Assembly (NCBI RefSeq): GCF_009914755.1
Contig: NC_060933.1
Length of the DNA stretch: 64,000 nt
Direction: 5' to 3' (one strand)
Source of the DNA: the human T2T-CHM13v2.0 reference genome, Homo sapiens
Part shown: piece by piece, positions 11,269 to 24,930 of the stretch
Layout of the letters: every line of letters starts with the position of its first letter
Numbering within the stretch: the stretch's first letter is position 1
The notes under the pieces: model-generated
What the model was told of the DNA's origin: nothing
Databases searched by the model: none
The model's input: only the letters and a program-made list of their open reading frames with translations
Program-made: the position numbers and the translations under genes

Positions 11269-12276
11269 TGAGAGGTGACAACGTACTAGCAGCCTTCGCT
11301 TGCTCTCAGCACCTCCTTGGCCTTGGCGTCTGCTCTGGCCATGCTCAACGAGCCCTTCAGCCTGCCGCTGCACTGTGGGGGCCCCTCTCTGGGGCTGGCC
11401 GAGGCCGGAGCTGGCTCCCTCTGTTCACGGGGAGGTGTGGAGGGAGAGGTGCGGGCGGGAGCCGGGGCTGCATGTGTGGTGCTCGCTGGCCAGCGCAGGT
11501 TTTGGGTGGGTGCAGGCTGGGCAGGCCCTGCAGTTGGCATGGCCAGATGGCAACTGCTGGGCTTGATTGGGGGATGAGCTCCCTCTGGGGTGCCGGAGTG
11601 TCCAGGCTAGGTGCCACAAAGTCCCGTGGCGAGTGCCATTGAGAGGTGAAGCCAGCTGGGCTTCTGGGTCGGGTGGGGACTTGGAGAACTTTTCTGTCTA
11701 GCTAAAGGATTGTAAATGCACCAATCAGCACTCTGTGTCTAGCTAATTGGGTAAGGGACTTGGAGAACTTTTGTGTCTAACTAAAGGATTGTAAATGCAC
11801 CAATCAGCACTCTGTCAAAACGGACCAATCAGCTCTCTGTAAAATGGATCTATCAGCTCTCTGTAAAATGGTCCAATCAGCTCTCTGTAAAATGGACCAA
11901 TCAGTAGGATGTGGGTGGGGCCAGATAAGGGAATAAAAGCAGGCCATGCGAGCCAGTAGTGGCAACCCATTCAGGTCCCCTTCCACGCTGTGGAAGCTTT
12001 GTTCTTTCACTCTTCGCAATAAATCTTGCTGCTGCTCACTCTTTGGGTCCACGCCACCTTTAAGAGCTGTAACACTCACAGTGAAGGTCTGCAGCTTCAC
12101 TCCTGAAGTCAGTGAGACTACGAACCCACCAGAAGGAAGAAACTCTGGACACATCTGAACATCTGAAGGAATAAACTCTGGACACACCATCTTTAAGAAC
12201 TGTAACACTCACCACGAGGGTCCGCAACTTCATTCTTGAAGTCAGCAAGACCAAGAACCCACCAATTCTGGACACA
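11269..12276 (+). mobile_element. 3' LTR (LTR12 family), 1008 bp
   Basis: Same TG...CA termini as the 5' LTR, preceded by a degenerate polypurine tract (acagtggggat); two 41-bp units, four 24-bp units, two U5 units. Confidence 0.93.
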
Positions 12277-12280
12277 CATG

Positions 12281-14690
12281 GACCATACTTTTGGTGTTGT
12301 ATCTAAGAAATCTTTGCATAACCCAATGTCACAAAAGTGCTCTATGTTTTATGGTTTTATTACTTATATTTAGGTCTATAAACCATTTTGAGCTAATTTT
12401 TATGTGGTGAGAAGTATGGATCAAAGTTTTTTTTATTTAGTTTTGTTTTGCATACAGAAATCCAATTGTTCTAGCAACATTTGTTGGGAAAAAATTATCC
12501 TTTCTTCACTAAGTTGTCTTTCCACTTTTGTCTGGAATGAGCTGTATGTTTATGTGTGGTTCTCTTTCTAAACTCTTTCTTCTACCACAATGGTTGATTT
12601 TTCTATGCTTACACCAATATTCCATTGTTTTGATTACTATAACTTTGTAATAATTATTGAAAAAAGGTTATGTTAACCTTGTGACTTTATTCTTTTTCAG
12701 AGATGTTTTGGCCATTATAGGTCTTTGCATTTCCATATGAATTTTATGAGTTTGACCATGTATATTTTAAAAATGGAAATTTTGATTGGGATTGCATCAA
12801 TTTATAGATCAATTTAGTGAGGATTATCATTTTAAAAATGTTGAGTCTTCTGACCCATGAACATGGTATATGTCTCCATCTGTTTAAATCTTTAATTTCT
12901 GTCAATAAACTTTTTAGTTTTCAGTGCTTCATATTTATCAGATGTATCCCTAAGCATTTTGTATTTTGAATGCCACTGTGAATAGGTTTGTTTACTAAAT
13001 TCAGTTCGTGATTGTCTGGTTTTATTTCAGTTTATAGAAATATAGCTGATTTTTTTATACTGATCTTATATCTTGTGGTCTTACAAAAATTACTTCTTAG
13101 TTCTAGCAGCTTTTTTTTCTGTTTTCATAGGATTTTATAAGTAGATGTCACCTGCAAATGAAGAGTTTTACACCATTCTTTCCAATTTGAATGTCTAACT
13201 AATTTCTCTTGCCTGATTGCATTAGACAGAATTTCCAGTATATTGTTGAATTGAAGTGGTCAGAGTGAACATCCTTGTATTGTTTCTGATCTTAGGAAGA
13301 ACGGTTTTAGTCATTCACCATTAAAAGTGCTGTTTGTTCTATTTTTTAAATGTATAGGTTATGTAGGTTGAGGAAGTCCTTTCTATTCTTAGTTTGCTGG
13401 GAGTTTTTTTTTTAAATCAGAAATAGATGAGGGATATTTGTAACTTTTATAAAAAATGTGATGTTAGTCTTATTTTGTTTTCAGGGTAATGTTAGCGTTA
13501 TAGGAAGAACCAGTAAATATTCCAGGATTTAAGAAATTTTTAGCAGAAGGTTGTGTATAATTGATACTATTTCTCCCTTAAACATCTGGTAAAATTCACT
13601 AGTGCAGACATCTGATTCTTGAGTTTTCTTTCTCAGAATGTTTTAAGCTATGTCAATTTATTGGATAAAGGGCTTCAGGTTATGTATTTCTTCTTAGGCA
13701 ACTGTGCTTTTTTAATGAATTGGTTTGTTTTATCTAAGTTATTGAATTTAATAGCATAAACTTGTCTATAATATTTCTCTTTTATTTTCTATATAATCTG
13801 TAGTTCTTTCACGTGTTTTATTCCTTACATTTCTTGATTAGTGTAGAGATCAGTTTTATTGATCTTTTCAAAGAATCAATTTTTGGCTACATTTTATTTT
13901 TAATTATTTTCTTGGGTTGTTTCATTACTTTCTCTTCAGTTTTTAATTATTTCCCTTTTGCTACTTATTTTGGTTGAATTTAATGCTCCACTTCTAGTTT
14001 CCCAAGTTGGAAACTGAGGTCATTGGTTTGAGATTTCTTATTAATAATATAGGTGTTTAGTGATATAAATGACTCCCCAAAGTATGGTTTTAACTGCATC
14101 CCACAAATTTTGATATGTTGTATTTTCATTTTTACTCAGTTTAAATACCATTTTCCTTTATATTTCTCCTTTTAATATGGGTTATTTTAAAATGTGTTAT
14201 TAATTTCCACACACTTTAGGACTTTTCTTGATTTATTTCTTTTATTGATTTCTGTTTCAATTCCATTGTGGTCAAAAAGCATACTTCATACAATTTGAAT
14301 CCTTTTATTCATCCTTGCTTTTATGGTCCCGAATTTGATTGATTGGTAAATGTTCCATATGCACTTCAAAAAGACAAGCATTCTGTAGTTGTTGACTTGA
14401 ATGCTGTATATATTTCACTGGATCTATCTGTTGACAGTGTGGCTCAAATTGTCTATATCTTTACTGGTTTTCTGCCTATACTATCAATTATTGAAGGAGG
14501 ATGTTGAAATCTGACCATAATTGTGGATATATCTATTTCTTTTTACAGTTGTTTTTGTTTCTTGTATTTTGAGGCAATGTTATTAGGTGCATACGTATTT
14601 AGAATAATGGTATTTTCATGAAGTAAATATTATCCCTAGTAATATTACTTGCTCTGAAATCTATTTTGTCTTATAGTAATAGAGAGCTAC
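12281..14690 (-). mobile_element. Old L1M LINE, right part
   Basis: T-rich antisense L1 ORF2-like sequence that continues the 3440-4110 fragment (gaccatacttttggtgttgtatctaagaaatc...). Confidence 0.8.
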
Positions 14691-15309
14691 TTCAGTGTTA
14701 GGGTGAAATATTTTTTTTTTTCATTTCATTTCAGATTTTCCATTGCTAGTATATCAGAAACACAATGATCTTGTATTAGACATGCCTGTATTAAAGTCAT
14801 AAATCATTAAAGTTTAAATAATCTTAGAAATTATTTAACCCAACTGTTTCATTTTGCAACTGAGTAACCGAGACCAAAAAGATAGAGTTACTTTTCAACA
14901 CCACAAATCTGGTCATTGGAAGTGCCCTTATCTTCTGTCAGATACACTGCTTATTTGAACCCATCTCTCTTGATTTCCTGGCCAATAATCTTTTCTCCTG
15001 AAAGCACTGTCACCACGTAGGCCAATCACACAAATTCCAAGATGGGATACTTACTATGAAAATGGTTACATTTTTAATACCAATCTAATTTTGGTTCACC
15101 AACAATTTTGGATACCTTTCTTCTATATTTGACTGAATGTATAACAAGTCTGGTTTTTGAGTTCATTTAAGACAAAGAAGTTCTTCTAAAATATAATAAA
15201 ATTCTCATTTAGCACTTGAAATATCATTCCTAAATATTAATATTTAAAACTCTTTTATTAAGAAAAGTAATATATATCGAGAACCTAGGTGTTAGGAACA
15301 GTAAAATAT

Positions 15310-15480
15310 GCATTTTATTATATACATTATGATTTAGGTAAGTTATCTCGTTTAATCCTCAAGTAACCATATGATTATTCTCATTTTACAAATGAGAAAA
15401 TTGAGGACAGAGTGAGATAAAGTAACTTACTAAAAGTGGATCCAGAATTTGAGAGCAACACTTTTTGACTCCAAAACCAC
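15310..15480 (-). mobile_element. MIR SINE fragment
   Basis: tttaatcctc...attattctcattttacaaatgagaaaattgaggacagag, reverse MIR core. Confidence 0.6.
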
Positions 15481-17089
15481 CAAGACAATGTTTTCCAGAC
15501 CTCAATTTTTTGGCGATGTATGCATTATCTGCATAATTCTTCATTTAAATTGACAAATATTTAACTTAAATACATTTATTTAAAAACTATTTTTACTTCC
15601 TTGGAGGAAAACCAATATCACTTTCCATAATTATAAGATAACTTTAAAAATCAAATAAAAACAGAAAAATATCGCTAAACTCTAGGTAAACATTTTACTT
15701 GCTGCTCTTTGTTGTTGTTATTGAAAAACACAATTAAAAGGTATTTTAAAAATTTAAAAGACATATTTGCATTAAGCTGAACATTCCCATTATGTAACCT
15801 GAAGCTCCTAAAAAGAATAGAAAAGAAAATTGCTTTCTCGTTAGGTAATTCATTGTATTTTAATGATCCATTTAGAACTAAAAACTCATCTCTCAAAGGA
15901 CGGATGTGAGTCCACAGTTAGGGCATCAGTACATTTTAGGCAGGAGTAGCTTGAACAAAGATAAAGAGTTGTGAGAAAGGTTGGATATCATAGAACCCCC
16001 AGAGGTTAGGAATTCCTTGAGTGGTAGTTCTAAACATTGTATGTAATTTTCACCTTCAGAGTTTAAGACACAGACCAAAAGAATCAGAATACATTACGTA
16101 GATTGGAGTGTCCATCTCTTTTAAAAGTTCCCTAGGTAGTTCCAGTTCTTAGGAAGGGTGGAAAACTTCTACGATAGGATGTTTGTATGAGAGGATGGTA
16201 GTGGTGGTGATGGTGTTGAGTAGGTTGGTAGGAGAAAGGCCAGACAGATCAGCAATATCTGCTCTGAATGTGAACAGGTGGAATGGTAAAAATATCATTA
16301 TTAATTGCTATCTTAGGGATGGAAAATGAATAACTTGTCCAAGGTAGTTGGATACCATCTTGAAGAGCTGGCAGAGTGCTGACGCTACCTTCCATTAAGA
16401 ATAAACATTCATGAATTTTCTATCTCAGATGCTCTTTTGACTTAAACGCCTTATGGTCTTTTCTTATAATTAAAGGCATTAAATTCATATGTGAAGAATG
16501 CATTCATGACAGCATATTTAAATAATGATCTAAACGACTTTCCCCAATACTTTACAATAGACATAAGTATTTTTGAAACAGCTTTAACACAATCGCTGCC
16601 TATAAATAGGCGCAGAGAAGAGTTTGATAACTTTTTTAAAGTAGCAGTATTTTAAAATAGAGTACACACAACCCAAATTCGCATGTGTAAATAAATAGAA
16701 TGCATGAAAAGAATCTGAATGTGAATCACTTCCCTTAGTTATTTATCCATTGTTTTGATGCTGTCCTAAGACCCATTTAAAATAAGGCATCTTTCTGGTG
16801 GGTAACAAATTCGTAGTCTATCAAGCTGGGATCCCACTAACATTGGCCAAACTGCTGCAGACATGAAGACTTCATCTGGGAACCCGAAAGGAGAACTCAA
16901 AATCCAAATCTTCAGACTTTCTTAGGAGAAGCGTGGAAGTGGGAAAAGGAGAAATTCAAACTCTGCTTAATTTCAAAAGGGCAGTAAAAGGGGAGGCTGC
17001 AAAGGCTAGTTTACAAAAATAGACGTCGAGAACTCCTAGGGAAGCAAGTAGAAACGGGCTTTTTTTGGGGGAGGAGACATTTGCAGCCC

Positions 17090-18246
<1,157 letters not shown>

Positions 18247-18540
18247 TAAAAGAAACACTTTAAGTTTTGGGGAACTGCTCAGCAATATGGACATTAATGA
18301 GAGTGTGAGAGACCCCATCGCCTTCACTTTGGAGGAATTTACTGTTGTTCCCTCAGGTGATAGGATGAGATAATGAAAAAATGAAGCATGGGTGGTAACA
18401 AATGAGCAATTCACCCTAGGAGTAGAGTTATTTACTCGGAAGTTGATTTGACTTTCACTGTGTGAGTAGAACTTCAAGCAGGCATTGAGCGAAAAGCTTC
18501 GTAAGAGGTGCTGTGTTTGAGTCTGCTCTGTACTCTTTCC

Positions 18541-18637
18541 AGACAGGATCTCACTCTGTTGCCCAGGCTGGAGTGCAGTGGCGCCATTACAGCTCACTGC
18601 AGCCTCAACCTCCCCAGGCTCAGGTGATCCTCCCTGC
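18541..18637 (-). mobile_element. AluJ/FRAM-like right-arm fragment, antisense in the DMRTA1 intron
   Basis: agacaggatctcactctgttgcccaggctggagtgcagtggcg...caggtgatcctccc. Confidence 0.9.
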
Positions 18638-21476
18638 TCTGGACTGTTTTCAGCTGTAAAACCAGAGCTGATTTTGCGTGGGAAACTCTGATAGTTGGGG
18701 ATGCAGTTCTTTACTACATGTTGGGGCAAACATTTGTTGCAAGCTTGATGTGGGGAAGAGACTGAAATCTACCAAACCATCGTCTTTCTTTGTTTCTTCA
18801 CTCTAAATTGTTTTCGCAAAATGTAATTTGTAAAACCATAGGTAAGAATTTCAAAGTTCAATATTAGAGGTTTTTTATCCAAGGAGTTTTCATTATTTTT
18901 CTCTTATTTTTTGACTGCGAGTCAGTTGCCTTCATTTCCTGCGTTAGGAGATATATTTTAGTGAACTTCATAGCCCTCCACAGGGCCTACTAAGCAGTGA
19001 AAATATCATTGTGATTTTTTTTTTGTATAAGTCAAAAACTTATACAAAACTTATAAAGCTGTATTATATGAAATTGTATGATAGCTATACAGTAAACTAT
19101 TAATTAGAAACCTTCCTTGAATTATGAAAATTGCAGATCTCAACAGATTTTTTCGCTCAATGGCTGCTTGAAGTTCTACTCACACAGTACATTCGAAAAA
19201 TTCTGTGAATTGAAATGAGGCATTCAGTTCAGAGTGAATTTTGTGTTTGCATGTGTCAACTTTTGCACATATTCTAATTTATTTGAGTAGGCAAAACAGA
19301 CTTTCTACAATTCCCATGAAAGATGAAGGTGCTAAAGAGCACAGTTATTAAGTAAAAGTGCTATGAAAGAGAAGTAAAAGTGAGAATTCCTGAAACTACA
19401 CCGATAGTGAAATGGCTGACATCTCCCTGTGAGACACTGATTTATGTGATTTCTAGTTGGTACCAAAGTGTTCTGTTTTATAGAGCTAATTATTTTACTT
19501 TGTTCTTTGCCTCAGATGATGCCCCCTCCCCCATAAGAAGCAAGCTAATGTTTGAAAGGTTACTTCAATAGCTTTCTAAATTGACTGGTTCTCTTACACA
19601 ATAGCCATGAACTGTGGTAAAATAGTCTATTTAATTTACTCATTCATTAGACAAAGACTAACAGTGATTTAGAAGTGAACAAGTTTTTCCTACACAGAAG
19701 AACCTTATATTCAAAAGAAGGCAGACTATATGTATCCAAAAACTACAATGCAAGGCTTAATATACAATGATAAATGCAATAGAAGTAAAGCAAGCTGTAG
19801 GACTTGAGAAGACAGAGAGACGATATAAGTGGTATTATATTTTAAAGACACCATATTTTCTAAATAATCTTATGCAAATTGGTATTTCATTACATATATT
19901 GTACTGTGAGTAAAATATAACAAGACATTATTTTATGATTTCATGCATAAATTGCTATAGAGATGAAATGTTGATAATTGACATGTTCGGGGGCATGCTC
20001 ATTCATATTTACAAGTAAAGTGGAATGGAGGACTAATGCTAATCTATTTCCACTTGGCAAATTTCATTAGAAAAGTATTATTGTGTTATTTAAAGTTGAA
20101 AATCCTATAGAGTGTTTGCAATTTTTGCAGTAGTGACATTCTTTTTTTCATATGCTTATGGGAACAGCATATAGGAACAGCATTTTGAACTTCAAAATGC
20201 TAAATTGTATACACTTTAATTTTAAAATAAACTATAGCTATTTCTTTAGAATTTAGAACTGAATTCTTCTTAAGAAAACTGGAGAAAACTGGAGTATTGC
20301 AAATCATATTTACAAATCACTGCCTTAGGCAATATTTGTTTTGTGACATTCATAAACTTGGTAGAAAAAGGAAGTTGGACAGAATTACTCTGCACACTCC
20401 ACTTAACAGTTTACTCTTACCTATATATCTCTAGGGTAATAGAAAATGTAAACCAAAGTAAAAGTTACATAGTAAATATGGCTATTTTAATTTTTGTGGT
20501 GTTAACCTAGTAAAGGGTATTAACATATTCTTGTTTGATTAATATGCTCAACATGTTGAGATAGAAAAACCAGAACTTTGTGTAAAAGTACTTTTGGAAA
20601 ATTGCCCCTAACATTGGAGGAGGGCTGTGATTTAAAGCAAATGCCTAATATGTTGTTTTTAAAAGACAATTTGAGGATTTGTGTAGATTGCAATAGGACA
20701 GTTTATAATTTTCTTTTACAAACAATTTGCTTTTAAAGTCTGTTATTGATATTTCTTAAGGATTGAAAAAGAAAGTACATTTCATAGAGGATTATGAAAA
20801 ATACCGTCTGTGTCATCTCTCATAAAATGAAATATGCAAGCTCTAGTATGATTTGGGATTGACATAGCAATAGTACTTATTGGTTTAAATCTGAAATGAA
20901 ATGAACAGTTTTTTTTTACATTATTCAAGTAAATTAATTATAACCTGAAATATGAGATAAAAAACCAATTGTTAAAATTTAGCATTAGTGATTAAATAGA
21001 ATATTCATTTTCAAACTAAGATTATTCCTTTTATTCCTTATTCATTTTATTCAGTTCTCTTTCCATAGTGTCATTCTGAAAAAATATCACTTAGATAACA
21101 ACAAAACTTAGGTGACATTTAGGAAGATCCCACACAACCAAGATAGAACAGACAGTGTGCCATATTGGTGTTATGCAGACAATTTGGGGTAACAATACAC
21201 TCTCATCTTCTGATTCCTAAATATAATTGCATTTTAATATTGCATACCTTTGTGATTCTGAGATGATATAATAGTATACTTTTCACTATTCCAGCACCTG
21301 CATTTCTGAATAATCTTTTAAATTTGAGTTATTCATTAAAATGTCTTGGAGTGTATAAATATTACTAATTAATAGGAGTGAATTAATTATATTATCCAGC
21401 ATTATTTTTGAGTGAGCAGTACCACATTCTGGGAAGTCTTCCCTGTATTTGATTTTTTTTTCCCCCTCTTCTCCAG

Positions 21477-22324
21477 AACAAAAAGAGAGTAAATGTGAGT
21501 CATGCCAGAATGGACAAGAAGAACTGATCTCCAAATCCCATCAGCTTTACCTAGGATCATCTTCTAGGTCTAATGGTGTCATTGGGAAACAAAGTATCGG
21601 GTCATCTATTTCAGAATACTCCAACAAGCCTGATAGTATCCTGTCTCCTCATCCTGGAGAGCAATCAGGAGGTGAAGAGAGTCCCAGGTCCTTATCATCC
21701 TCTGATCTGGAATCAGGAAATGAAAGTGAATGGGTCAAAGACTTGACTGCGACCAAGGCAAGCCTTCCGACAGTGTCCTCAAGACCAAGAGATCCTCTTG
21801 ATATCCTTACTAAGATTTTCCCAAATTACAGGCGCAGCCGGCTAGAAGGCATTCTACGGTTCTGCAAAGGGGATGTGGTCCAAGCCATTGAACAGGTTTT
21901 AAATGGCAAAGAACACAAGCCAGACAACAGGAACCTAGCAAACTCAGAAGAACTGGAAAACACAGCCTTTCAGAGAGCTTCAAGTTTTAGTCTTGCTGGA
22001 ATTGGTTTTGGAACTCTAGGTAATAAATCAGCTTTCTCTCCTCTTCAAACTACTTCTGCTTCTTATGGAGGTGATTCAAGTCTCTACGGCGTAAATCCTA
22101 GAGTAGGTATCAGTCCATTAAGGCTGGCATATTCTTCTGCAGGAAGAGGGTTATCTGGTTTTATGTCACCCTACCTAACACCTGGGTTAGTACCAACCTT
22201 ACCTTTTCGGCCAGCTTTGGATTATGCCTTTTCAGGGATGATTAGAGATTCTTCCTACCTTTCCAGTAAAGACTCAATAACTTGTGGCAGACTGTACTTC
22301 AGACCAAATCAGGACAATCCGTAA
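21477..22324 (+). CDS. DMRTA1: DMRTA1 coding exon 2 (DMA domain, C-terminus)
   Basis: Acceptor ttttttccccctcttctccag| at 21476; 848 nt to TAA; 667+848=1515 nt, i.e. 504 aa; DMA domain RDPLDILTKIFP...CKGDVVQAIEQVL at 21788-21901. Confidence 0.97.
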
Positions 22325-22553
22325 TGTATATGCCCATTCTCTCTTTCTGGAGTTTTTCCAGCATACAATACATGCACGTGCACACACATACACACACATC
22401 CATTAATATACTTCAGTAAGTATGTGAGTGGATTATGAGGTCTTAAAATGCTGGGTTTTTTTTTTCAAGCAATATAATAGGTCTTAGATCTGAAAACTCT
22501 TCATTAGGATTTATCAAGTGAAAGAAGTAAATCTGAACATTATATGTGCCTTG

Positions 22554-22559
22554 AATAAA
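22554..22559 (+). terminator. Candidate proximal poly(A) signal of DMRTA1
   Basis: AATAAA 230 nt after the stop codon. Confidence 0.45.
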
Positions 22560-22858
22560 GCTATTTCAGGAAATATTTAATGAATTTTCTCCCTAAATTA
22601 TCATTTGTAAACATTTTTATTTTAAAACTAGTTTTTATTTTATTGAAAAGTGGAATTTTTAGTGATAAAATACATTTGTAAGTGTAAAGCAATACAGCAT
22701 AATAGAATAGAATATAAACCGAAAGGAAGAACTGAACAATTAAGGCAATTCTAAATAATTACCATTTCAAAACTGTTTCTTCTATTCCTGGTTCATAGGA
22801 AAGAAAAAAGTTATTCAAAGTATTTTTAAAGCATTTGATTTGCAGATGGGTGATTCGT

Positions 22859-22868
22859 AATAAATAAA
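22859..22868 (+). terminator. Candidate main poly(A) signal of DMRTA1 (overlapping AATAAATAAA)
   Basis: Doubled hexamer followed by U-rich downstream sequence. Confidence 0.65.
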
Positions 22869-23010
22869 ACATTTGAGCATTTTGAATTTATATTTCCTGA
22901 GTATTTTATTTTTCAATCTTAGCTTCCATGAGTGAAAACAAGTGCCATTAAAAAACATTTCTCTTTAAAGTTGACACTGTGTCTATGAAGTAAATTTTAG
23001 GAAATAAGAC

Positions 23011-23045
23011 TGCGCCATCTCCTGGCCACTATCGCCAATTGCAAC
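23011..23045 (-). promoter_or_regulatory. Candidate CTCF site (core plus upstream motif)
   Basis: Minus strand reads tgcaattgg-cgatag-tggCCAGGAGATGGCGCa; one mismatch to CCASYAGRKGGCRS. Confidence 0.7.
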
Positions 23046-24804
23046 TGAGCTCTGTAGAGTATATGAATTAGAAACATTGATTCCGGAGAATAACCATTTT
23101 TTTTTCAAATAGTCATTTTGGATTATACTACATTAAAATTTCCATACTGTAAAGTGCACATCTACTGTGGATGAGAGTTGCAGTCTTTAAGTGTGCTTAT
23201 GTCTGTATCTGGGGAAATATCCTTAAAAGTTTGGGACAAGAATATATGGCAGCCATTCTCAAAGGTAAGAATAATTTTATTCAGAAAACTAAAATAGCTG
23301 CTCAAATAAATATTTATTAACTGCAGATAGTTGATGCTTAATGCACTGAGGAGAGATATAAGATTTCCAAAGGGGAAAAACTGCCATGAAGTTTCAGAGG
23401 TATTCTTGCAATTTTAAAAATAATTTTTGTCCTCCCTCTGGCGCATTTGAAAACTATTTATTTCAGTCAGTGGAAAGTCCCTGAGGAAACTGCTTACAAA
23501 ACAGTTTCTAGGACATTTTCTTTGTATGTCATCATTTTTCTTTTTTGAAGGACAGTAGCTTCATTGTTATTATTAGGAATAAATGGAAGCCCACTGGTGG
23601 TAAAAGATAGTTGATGAATTAGAGATTGTTTAAACTATTTAAGCAGCATGACTCACTAAAGATTTTTTAAATTATATGTATATACGTATGTGTGTATGCA
23701 TCTATATGCACATATATAAGTCTATGTAGACATACATTAAACCCCTATAGGTTATATTATCATGGAGGCGTTTTTCATGAAGCCAGTAAGAATGTATTTC
23801 CAAGGAATATTTTGCCAGCAAATGTGATATTAAATTACTTCAGAGTATCTGATGCTGATTTAGGATGTAAATGTGTTTATTAGGTTATGCATTAATTTTA
23901 ATGGTGTGAATATAAGAAAGCAGATCTTGAAAAATTTCGATGTACTCAATATTCATTTATTATAAAAAAGTTTTATATTCTAAGCCTAAACCGTAGTACA
24001 ATGTCTAGCAAGTAGTTGAAATTCAATTCATATATACTGAGTAAGAAACTCTTATATATAATAGATCTCTTTGAGACTCTGATAAAACTGAAGAACTCTA
24101 CAAAATGGCGTACAGACACACAGTTTTGCATACAATTTCACTGGGTTCTTGAATCTCCTAAATGGTATTCAGGTTAGATTCCTTGGTGATTCTTCAGTTG
24201 TTTCTATTGCATTAATCCACTTATTGAATGCTATTTTTCTGAAAAGTGCTAGATCCTGTAGAGGATACTGAATGTAAAATATTGTGCTCTAAAGGAAGTT
24301 ACATTATACAATAGAGATATGGTTTAAAAAAAAATCCTAGAGTTACTGCATTATGTATGTGGTTTTATAATGATGTGCTTGTATCTGAGAAACTGAATTG
24401 CTTTTGACCTTGGGAGAACATCCATTTTGGGCAGTATTCAAATTTATAAAATAGTTTTATAATCATAAAACTTAATTTATATAATGCCTTACACATTCCA
24501 TACTCTTTATAATAATTTAAGGACTTAATCTTATCAAATAGGTCATTTGTCTAACAACTCAATAGTATATGAGGAAATTGGGGCTCAGCAGTAGGGTTTT
24601 TTCTCCCTAAGGTTAGTAATATGAGTCATCTGCAGTGGAATTACTGTGCTCACTTCAGCAATTTCAGACTCCAATGTCTGAGGAAGGATTCATGTCTGTT
24701 TTTTTCATTCATGGCCTTGAACAGTGTCTGATATAGGTTCTCAACCTATACACTAGATTTCCACTGACTGAAAAAAAATAAAAGCAAGTATTAGCTTAAT
24801 AATT

Positions 24805-24930
24805 TCTTCATTCAACACCTATTTAATATTTTTAATAATCTATTTGTGCCATGCACTGTGTTAGACACAAGAGATAAAGAAATGATTAAGATACAAGACT
24901 TTGCCTCAAGTTGCTCACGGTCTATATTGT
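24805..24930 (-). mobile_element. L2 3'-end fragment
   Basis: ttcattcaacacctattt...tgtgccatgcactgtgttagacac...gcctcaagttgctcacggtcta. Confidence 0.55.

Larger units (their letters stand above)
4111..12276 (+). mobile_element. HERV9/ERV9 provirus with two LTR12-type LTRs, defective
   Basis: TG...CA LTRs at both ends, PBS, gag-pro-pol-env remnants in order, 4-bp target-site duplication tatg (4107-4110) / catg (12277-12280) with one mismatch. Confidence 0.95.

Noticed and set aside
23430-23446. Third CTCF-like motif (minus strand gcgccagagggagg)
   Set aside because: Several mismatches at informative positions.
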